DNA of 20,468 nt from Candidatus Woesearchaeota archaeon (GCA_964619325.1 CAZUEL010000005.1:19770-40237), one strand, 5' to 3'; positions 8,094-12,781 are shown, numbered from the stretch's first letter. The notes: a model not told the origin generated them from the sequence alone. Numbers and translations: made by a program.

Positions 8094-9074
8094 ATGGCGT
8101 ACAGACTACTCTCCGCAGTTTACCCCGCGAATTTCAAGAACAAAGTCCGTGGGTTGTTGCAGTTTACAAACCTAAAAATAGAGGTAGGCCGGTTCATCGG
8201 TATCAGCCTTGCCTTTAGTTTGGGCGCGGCAGTTGCAGCCGCGTTTAATTTGTTTGTTGTTTTCAGGATTCCTATTTGGGTTGTATTGCCGGTAGTTTTT
8301 GTGGCGATGCAGCTTGGAACGTATGGCTGGCTCTCGCTTGCCGCGGATAAGAAAGGGGAATTGATCGTAGCAGTCCTGCCGGAGGCGCTTCAGATGATGG
8401 CAACAAACATAAAATCTGGCCTGACAATTGACCGCGCAGTCATAATGTCCGCGCGCCCGGAGTTCGGTTCGCTTGCAAATGAGTTGAAGTCGGTCAGTAG
8501 GGAAGTAGTTGCAGGCACGCCATTTGAAACAGCACTCTTCAACATGACAAAAAGGGTGCGCTCAAAGGTTCTCGAAAGGACGGTCAGTTTGATTGTTGAG
8601 GGCATACGCTCCGGCGGTAAGCTTGCGGAATTGTTGGAGCAGACCGCGAAGGACCTACAGGACCAGCAGGTGTTACAGAAGGAAATTTCAGCGAATGTTG
8701 GCAGTTACGCGTTGTTTATATTTATCGCTGCCGCGCTCGGTGCGCCGCTCCTGTTCGGCCTGTCATCATTCATAATTCAAGTCCTGTCCAGCCAGCTCTC
8801 TATTACAACGCCACTGGCAACCTCGCTTGGCTCTGTTGGCCTGTCAGCAGCCGCGGGTGGCGTGCACATCGACCCAAAGTTCGTAGTATATTTCTCAATC
8901 ATACTGCTCTCGCTGACAAGCATATTTGCCAGCTTAATTATTGGAATAATTAGCGCGGGGAGCGAGAAGGCAGGCTATAAGTACATCCCCATAGTTCTGG
9001 CTTGCTCGATGGCGGTATTTTTCATAACGAGGCATGTCATCACAAAAATATTTGGGCATTTGCTCAGAATTTAA
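8094..9074 (+). CDS. Second T2SSF-domain pilus platform membrane protein (TadB/TadC / FlaJ-like)
   Basis: The ATG directly abuts the upstream TAA. The segment MMATNIKSGLTIDRAVIMSA...VAGTPFETALFNMTKRV...EGIRSGGKLAELLEQTAKDL lies between multiple transmembrane helices. Confidence 0.85.
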   Translation: MAYRLLSAVYPANFKNKVRGLLQFTNLKIEVGRFIGISLAFSLGAAVAAAFNLFVVFRIPIWVVLPVVFVAMQLGTYGWLSLAADKKGELIVAVLPEALQMMATNIKSGLTIDRAVIMSARPEFGSLANELKSVSREVVAGTPFETALFNMTKRVRSKVLERTVSLIVEGIRSGGKLAELLEQTAKDLQDQQVLQKEISANVGSYALFIFIAAALGAPLLFGLSSFIIQVLSSQLSITTPLATSLGSVGLSAAAGGVHIDPKFVVYFSIILLSLTSIFASLIIGIISAGSEKAGYKYIPIVLACSMAVFFITRHVITKIFGHLLRI

Positions 9075-9084
9075 TTACGCAAAC

Positions 9085-9092
9085 TTTAAATA
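9085..9092 (+). promoter_or_regulatory. TATA-box-like element (TTTAAATA) for the candidate major pilin gene
   Basis: It lies 36 nt upstream of the ATG at 9128. The predicted short leader would include GGAGG (9116-9120). Confidence 0.45.
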
Positions 9093-9127
9093 CGCAGGAA
9101 GTGCTAAACGTGCAAGGAGGTAACCTA

Positions 9128-9589
9128 ATGGCTAAGAAAGGACAGGCTGCTTTAGAATACTTGACAACCTATGGCTGGCTCCTAGTAATAATAGTTATAG
9201 TGGCCGGCGCGCTCTATGCGTTGGGCGTTTTCAGCCCATCAACATACCAGGGAAAGACATGCACAGGCTTTTCGTCGCAAGTAACATACTCGGACCACAA
9301 GCTTGCAGATGATGGAACATTTACTTTTGTGCTTTCCAATAACGTTGGTAAGTCAATAACTGCTGTGCCAAATGTCGCGATGACATTATCTGGCGGGGCG
9401 GTTGTGAATGATGCATCTACTGGCGTGGCAGTGCCTTGGACACCAGGCGCAAAGAGAACATTGGCATTAACCGGACCGGACGCAGGAAGCGTCGGCGACT
9501 CGTATTCCATGACAGTGACTGTAACATACGACACTGCTGAAGTAGCAGGCCACAAGCAGACAGGCACTTGCACTGGAACTGTTGAGTAG
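9128..9589 (+). CDS. Archaeal type IV pilin, candidate major pilin (class III signal peptide)
   Basis: I moved the start to the in-frame ATG at 9128. The track ORF begins at 9002 and overlaps the upstream gene. MAKKGQAALEYLTTYGWLLVIIVIVAGALYALGVF is a textbook KG/QAALEYL prepilin N-terminus. GGAGGT lies 7 nt upstream. The gene has its own TATA-like box and a T-rich tract after the stop. Confidence 0.8.
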   Translation: MAKKGQAALEYLTTYGWLLVIIVIVAGALYALGVFSPSTYQGKTCTGFSSQVTYSDHKLADDGTFTFVLSNNVGKSITAVPNVAMTLSGGAVVNDASTGVAVPWTPGAKRTLALTGPDAGSVGDSYSMTVTVTYDTAEVAGHKQTGTCTGTVE

Positions 9590-9590
9590 A

Positions 9591-9620
9591 TTTTTTTATT
9601 TTATTTAGTTATTTTTAGTT
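9591..9620 (+). terminator. Oligo-T archaeal terminator-like tract after the pilin gene
   Basis: The sequence tttttttattttatttagttatttttagtt begins directly after the TAG stop. Confidence 0.45.
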
Positions 9621-9626
9621 GTAACA

Positions 9627-9634
9627 TTTAAAAA
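9627..9634 (+). promoter_or_regulatory. TATA-box-like element (TTTAAAAA) for tRNA-Pro
   Basis: It ends 24 nt upstream of the tRNA 5' end at 9658. Confidence 0.5.
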
Positions 9635-9657
9635 CCCAAATATTAGCTTTGTATTGT

Positions 9658-9844
9658 GGGGCTGTAGTCTAACTTGGTCACTAATCAAGCCGAGGCTTGA
9701 CAGCCAGAAACTAGCCAAACTTCGTTTGTCGATTGTTTGGCGTAGCCAGACAGGACTCGCGGTTTGGGACCGTGCGATCCAGGTTCAAAGCAGACGAAGT
9801 ATGCTTTAGGCAAACTTTGTTTGATGTAAATCCTGGCAGCCCCA
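9658..9844 (+). tRNA. tRNA-Pro(TGG) with two introns (D-loop about 72 nt, T-loop about 41 nt)
   Basis: I folded this by hand.
- Acceptor stem: GGGGCTG/CAGCCCC, discriminator A.
- D stem: GTCT (9667-9670) / GGAC (9753-9756).
- Anticodon stem: CGCGG/CCGTG, with loop TTTGGGA (anticodon TGG 9765-9767, G37).
- T stem: CCAGG (9779-9783) / CCTGG (9832-9836).
- T loop: TTCAAA...T.
- Proposed exons: 9658-9680, 9753-9789 and 9831-9844, which sum to 74 nt.
- Junctions are ambiguous by 1-2 nt. No CCA is encoded. Confidence 0.8.
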
Positions 9845-9845
9845 C

Positions 9846-10352
9846 TCATTTTTCAGAATATTCCTTAAGAATCAAGTATGGCAGGCCAGCTCGCGTTTGT
9901 GCTCCTTGCCAGCCCTCAACACCACGATAGCTCCTGCCGTCAAAATTCCCACTGACAAATAATCTTAGGTCTATGGTCGCACCTTCGCGTGGTTGTAATT
10001 GAATCAGATGCGCGCAAATCACCATAATTGCCAGTAAATCTATGTCCTTTGTGCCGTGTGGTTTGTCTATTTGCCTTGCACAGCTGCCAACAACTGCTGA
10101 GCGGGCTAAATGTGGTCGTTGTGTTGGTTCTTTATAATCTAATGAACGTGGCCTAAATCGCATGAATGTCATACGTTCTTCACGCGTATCAGTATCAAAT
10201 GTTGAAGGGATTTCACCTAACCACTGAATTGCCACCCGAACATTTTCCGCATTCGGTTCGCCTAAGTGCGAATAAAGTGCTTGCAGACTATCACTTACCA
10301 TTTGGTATTGCGGGGGCGTTAATTTATAAAACTTGTCACCACCAGCCACCAA
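9846..10352 (-). CDS. Hypothetical protein with a minimal nucleotidyltransferase (Pol-beta superfamily, MNT-like) motif and an unusual N-terminal extension of about 85 aa
   Basis: VVGSCARQIDKPHGTKDIDLLAI fits the pattern hG[GS]-x9-13-Dh[DE]h, and a later ATIDLRLFV strand could supply the third acidic residue. The TTG start is taken from the track; GVG or ATG alternatives lie downstream. A TATA-like TTATATA sits upstream on the minus strand. The stop codon lies 2 nt from the 3' end of tRNA-Pro. Confidence 0.5.
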   Translation of the reverse strand: MVAGGDKFYKLTPPQYQMVSDSLQALYSHLGEPNAENVRVAIQWLGEIPSTFDTDTREERMTFMRFRPRSLDYKEPTQRPHLARSAVVGSCARQIDKPHGTKDIDLLAIMVICAHLIQLQPREGATIDLRLFVSGNFDGRSYRGVEGWQGAQTRAGLPYLILKEYSEK

Positions 10353-10400
10353 TTAGTCATTCTTAAATACCTATATAATTTAATATGTTCGAGGTAAAAA

Positions 10401-10649
10401 ATGGTTGCAAATTTAAGAAAGCACGAACACATGGGCTTGCTGATGATATTCCTCGGGGCAAGTTGGCTTGGCCTCGGCCTGTACAGCACGCTGCTCGCGG
10501 CGAACAGGCTGCTGCTAGCTCAGGTGCCATTAATCGCGGGAAGAGAGTTGTTGATATTCCCGATATTTTATGGCTTGGGTGCACTTCTAGTCACGTTTGG
10601 CAACATAGAGCTACGGGAAGCCCTACCCGGTAAGAACAGGGGGCTATAG
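10401..10649 (+). CDS. Small predicted membrane protein (two hydrophobic helices)
   Basis: It contains MGLLMIFLGASWLGLGLYSTLLAA and LLIFPIFYGLGALLVTF. I preferred it over the overlapping frame 10385-10633, which encodes low-complexity, non-protein-like sequence. TATATAATTTA lies about 25 nt upstream. Confidence 0.45.
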   Translation: MVANLRKHEHMGLLMIFLGASWLGLGLYSTLLAANRLLLAQVPLIAGRELLIFPIFYGLGALLVTFGNIELREALPGKNRGL

Positions 10650-10658
10650 GAGGTAGTT

Positions 10659-10808
10659 ATGGCAAGAGGACGAGATTCGTTATTGAGAGAGATCCGCGGC
10701 GCTGTCAGTTCCAGCGCCGAGATTGAGTACGGCATAAAAGAGTTCCTGCAGGGCCTGCTCGTCGGATTTATAATAGGATTCCTAGTAGCCACTCAGCTAG
10801 TTAGGTAA
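10659..10808 (+). CDS. Small (49 aa) tail-anchored hypothetical protein
   Basis: It is below the length cut-off of the ORF track. GGAGGT lies 5 nt upstream of the ATG. The translation is MARGRDSLLREIRGAVSSSAEIEYGIKEFLQGLLVGFIIGFLVATQLVR, with a C-terminal hydrophobic helix. A T-rich tract follows. Confidence 0.35.
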   Translation: MARGRDSLLREIRGAVSSSAEIEYGIKEFLQGLLVGFIIGFLVATQLVR

Positions 10809-10836
10809 TTGTTTTCTTTTTTTTAGTTTTTGGTTT
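10809..10836 (+). terminator. Oligo-T terminator-like tract
   Basis: The sequence ttgttttcttttttttagtttttggttt follows the small ORF pair. Confidence 0.4.
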
Positions 10837-10916
10837 CGGTAGGATCATCTTGAACCGTTTTCAAAGGCAGCTTCGGCGATGGAAAGTTATTTAAGTGTTT
10901 CCATTTAATTTTTAGC

Positions 10917-11222
10917 ATGCCGCATTCGAGCTTAGCTGGTGGATTTAGTGTAGTAGAAGTTAAGACCACCTATGGTAGCTTGGTTCAACTGTTTGCTGGG
11001 CGGTTCGATGACAAAAAATTACACATATTGGGATGGAGAGATTCGGATGCCACAGCATATTTTTCCGAGAGCGAGTGTGCGTCTGGTGATTTTGGGTTAC
11101 TAATACTGCCAAAGGGCAGAAAATCGCTTGCGGATTTGGTAAAGGGTGACGTTCTCAGAATGACAAGACACGATGGAAAGCCGTACGAATTAGATGGCGC
11201 AAAGTATGTGCGTCAAACCTAA
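10917..11222 (+). CDS. Hypothetical protein (101 aa), no recognisable family
   Basis: This is an intact ORF with a TATA-like TTATTTAAG about 27 nt upstream. Its composition is protein-like, but I recognise no motifs. Confidence 0.5.
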   Translation: MPHSSLAGGFSVVEVKTTYGSLVQLFAGRFDDKKLHILGWRDSDATAYFSESECASGDFGLLILPKGRKSLADLVKGDVLRMTRHDGKPYELDGAKYVRQT

Positions 11223-11224
11223 TT

Positions 11225-11241
11225 GTTAATTGCCAATTAAC
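11225..11241. repeat. Perfect 17-nt palindrome GTTAATTG-C-CAATTAAC
   Basis: The 8-nt arms are exact reverse complements. It lies 3 nt after the stop at 11222 and about 30 nt upstream of the tRNA-Lys TATA box. Confidence 0.6.
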
Positions 11242-11271
11242 TCTTCAAAATACTTTGGGTGTTCCGAATTG

Positions 11272-11280
11272 TTTTTAAAG
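11272..11280 (+). promoter_or_regulatory. TATA-box-like element (TTTTTAAAG) for the tRNA-Lys/tRNA-Ala pair
   Basis: It ends 24 nt upstream of the tRNA-Lys 5' end at 11304. Confidence 0.5.
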
Positions 11281-11303
11281 CACAGTTTAAGTTTCTTCTA
11301 AGT

Positions 11304-11528
11304 GGGTCCGTAGCTCAGCTTGGTTATGCAAGCAGATTGAATTTGCTGCAGCCAAAGAGAGCGCTTGCCTCTTAACAAAGAGTGAAAGCAAGATGTCGAG
11401 GGTTCAAAAGTACAGCCCCTTTCTTCGCGAAGAAAGGTGCTCTACGAAACCACCAAAGAAGGCTGTTGCGATCTGCGATCGCACCAAGTACTTCACGGTT
11501 TCGGTACGAGAAATTCCCTCCGGGCCCG
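11304..11528 (+). tRNA. tRNA-Lys(CTT) with three introns (D-loop about 32 nt, anticodon-loop 12 nt, T-loop about 106 nt)
   Basis: I folded this by hand.
- Acceptor stem: GGGTCCG/CGGGCCC (one T-G pair), discriminator G.
- D stem: GCTC (11313-11316) / GAGC (11359-11362).
- Anticodon stem: CTTGC (11364-11368) / GCAAG (11388-11392), with loop CTCTTA..A (anticodon CTT 11371-11373).
- T stem: GAGGG (11398-11402) / CCCTC (11516-11520).
- Proposed exons: 11304-11326, 11359-11374, 11387-11407 and 11514-11528, which sum to 75 nt.
- Junctions are ambiguous by 1-2 nt. Confidence 0.8.
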
Positions 11529-11534
11529 CTTTAT

Positions 11535-11608
11535 GGGCTGGTAGTTAAACTCGGTATAATGCCCGCATGGCATGCGGGAGGCTAGGGGTTCAAATCCCCT
11601 CCAGTCCA
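11535..11608 (+). tRNA. tRNA-Ala(GGC), intron-less
   Basis: It forms a 74-nt cloverleaf. The acceptor stem is GGGCTGG/CCAGTCC and includes the G3:U70 alanine identity pair. The anticodon stem is CCCGC/GCGGG with loop ATGGCAT. The T arm is AGGGG-TTCAAAT-CCCCT. It lies only 6 nt downstream of tRNA-Lys. Confidence 0.92.
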
Positions 11609-11621
11609 TCTGTGATAAAAC

Positions 11622-12056
11622 ATGGCAGTAAAAATTGTGGTCGGTGGTTTAGTAGTTAAGGGTAAAGAGCTAGCCATCGTCCGCGAGAAAAAGAAAGAAA
11701 TTGCCGGCCTCTGGAACCTTCCGGTTGGCGGGCTGGATGAGAATGAAAAAATCGCTGATGGTGCAAGGAGAGAGATCGAGGAGGAAACCGGCTTGAAAGT
11801 AAAGCTGGAAAAACTGGTTGGTGTCTACCAAAAACCACGAAGGCCGGATGGCACAAACGTGCTGAAATTTATTTTCCTTGCCTCTGTTGTCAGTGGAACG
11901 CTGAAATGCCCGCCAGATTTGCAAGAGGTCAAGTGGATTTCATTTGAAGAGTTGAAAAAAGTCCCGGACTCGCAGTTGAGAGAGGCAGCAGTTATTCAGA
12001 TGGCTGTCCAGGATTATGAAACCAACTCTGCGGTTTCGTTGAAATACTATTCATGA
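11622..12056 (+). CDS. Nudix hydrolase
   Basis: GGLDENEKIADGARREIEEETGL is a complete Nudix box (Gx5Ex7REUxEExGU). Confidence 0.9.
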   Translation: MAVKIVVGGLVVKGKELAIVREKKKEIAGLWNLPVGGLDENEKIADGARREIEEETGLKVKLEKLVGVYQKPRRPDGTNVLKFIFLASVVSGTLKCPPDLQEVKWISFEELKKVPDSQLREAAVIQMAVQDYETNSAVSLKYYS

Positions 12057-12098
12057 ATGATTAGCAATGTATATAAATCTATATTTTAATTTTACGCC

Positions 12099-12479
12099 AT
12101 GGCTCGCAAACAAAAGCCGAAGGATGGCGCGTTCAAGAGTCTGCTCAAGTACGAGCTGCACGTTATCGGCCACTGGCTTTTCCTGCTAGGGGTTGCGCTA
12201 TCAGTTGTGTTCGGTTTGACGTTCAGTGACAACGGCTATGTCGCCTCGATCCTGGTTGTGCTGGGAATTGTGGTTGGCCTGCTTAACGTGAAAGCGAGTG
12301 AGACGCACCAGTTCCTGCTCGCAGCTTTGGTTCTAATGGTTTCAGCGCAGACCCTGAAGTTTGTCCCCTTAGTTGGTGAGGCGCTGTTAAATGTTTTGGA
12401 GTACATCGTAATTCTTGTCGCCCCCGCTGCCGCAATAATCTCACTGCTGGCAATTAGGAAGCTGGCCAGCGGTAAGTAG
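12099..12479 (+). CDS. Small integral membrane protein (hypothetical)
   Basis: It has three to four hydrophobic helices, for example HWLFLLGVALSVVFGL and ILVVLGIVVGLL. TATATAAAT lies about 25 nt upstream. Confidence 0.7.
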   Translation: MARKQKPKDGAFKSLLKYELHVIGHWLFLLGVALSVVFGLTFSDNGYVASILVVLGIVVGLLNVKASETHQFLLAALVLMVSAQTLKFVPLVGEALLNVLEYIVILVAPAAAIISLLAIRKLASGK

Positions 12480-12481
12480 TA

Positions 12482-12490
12482 TTTTAAATA
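12482..12490 (+). promoter_or_regulatory. TATA-box-like element (TTTTAAATA) for tRNA-Ile
   Basis: It ends 23 nt upstream of the tRNA 5' end at 12513. Confidence 0.5.
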
Positions 12491-12512
12491 GTAATTTTCG
12501 ACAGTTAGTTAC

Positions 12513-12781
12513 GGGCCCATAGCTTAGTCCGGTGGAGCGCCGCTCTGATACGGCAGCTTTTCTTTCTCCCAAGAAAATGCAAAGCATTTTCTGGGCGCAG
12601 AAAAATCTTCGGATTTTTCTTGCGTTGAAAGAAAGAAACGCTCCCGGGCATCTAAAGAAAGAAACGGTGGGATTTGAAAATCCCACAAACTTTATTTGTC
12701 CGAGACTCAGCAAGGCGGAGGTCGGCTGTTCGAACATCGCAGAAAGCTTCGCTTTCGCGAGTGAGAGTCAGCCTGGGCCCA
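12513..12781 (+). tRNA. tRNA-Ile(GAT) with two introns (canonical 37/38 intron of 162 nt; T-loop intron of about 33 nt)
   Basis: I folded this by hand.
- Acceptor stem: GGGCCCA/TGGGCCC, discriminator A.
- D stem: GCTT/GAGC.
- Anticodon stem: CCGCT (12540-12544) / GGCGG (12714-12718), with loop CTGATA..A (anticodon GAT 12547-12549).
- Splice-site geometry: CTGA (12545-12548) can pair with TCAG (12707-12710), leaving 3-nt bulges TAC and CAA at the predicted splice sites. This is the classic bulge-helix-bulge geometry.
- T stem: GGCTG (12724-12728) / CAGCC (12769-12773).
- Proposed exons: 12513-12550, 12713-12735 and 12769-12781, which sum to 74 nt. Confidence 0.8.
12628..12666 (+). repeat. Two exact 13-nt direct repeats AAAGAAAGAAACG inside the tRNA-Ile intron
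   Basis: The copies lie at 12628-12640 and 12654-12666. A polypyrimidine tract, GCTTTTCTTTCTC (12556-12568), near the 5' end of the intron is largely complementary to either copy. Confidence 0.7.

Noticed and set aside
9002-9127. Upstream extension of the pilin ORF
   Set aside because: It overlaps the 3' end of the T2SSF gene and lacks a signal-peptide-like N-terminus. ATG 9128 has GGAGGT upstream and yields a canonical KGQAALEYL prepilin start.
9733-9930. Track ORF (65 aa, + strand) across the tRNA-Pro region
   Set aside because: It overlaps the 3' two thirds of the hand-folded tRNA-Pro, including the anticodon arm, and continues antisense into the 9846-10352 gene. The peptide is low-complexity and not protein-like. 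It is better explained as a by-product of the intron-containing tRNA.
9900-10050. Degenerate Fic/Doc-like motif (HLIQLQPREGATIDLRL versus HPFxDGNGRxxR) in the 9846-10352 protein
   Set aside because: Most invariant positions (the His-Pro-Phe and Gly-Asn-Gly-Arg residues) are not conserved. The GS...DID...IDL nucleotidyltransferase reading explains the region better.
10385-10633. Alternative frame ORF overlapping the small membrane protein gene
   Set aside because: The 10401-10649 frame gives two clean hydrophobic helices and sits at the right distance from the TATA-like box. The 10385 frame gives an Ala/Arg/Gly-rich sequence without features. The choice remains uncertain.
9844-11304. Integrated mobile element at the tRNA-Pro 3' end
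   Set aside because: There is no integrase or transposase, and I found no direct repeat of the tRNA 3' end downstream. Base composition looks only marginally different by eye. I kept it as a low-confidence 'islet' observation, not a mobile-element call.
11382-11585. Track ORF (67 aa, + strand) across tRNA-Lys and tRNA-Ala
   Set aside because: It runs through the T-loop intron of tRNA-Lys and into tRNA-Ala, so it is spurious.
12551-12712. C/D-box guide RNA or CRISPR-like repeats inside the long tRNA introns
   Set aside because: No C box (RUGAUGA) or paired C'/D' arrangement is visible in either long intron. The AAAGAAAGAAACG repeat occurs only twice, is 13 nt long and lies within an intron, so it is not a CRISPR array.
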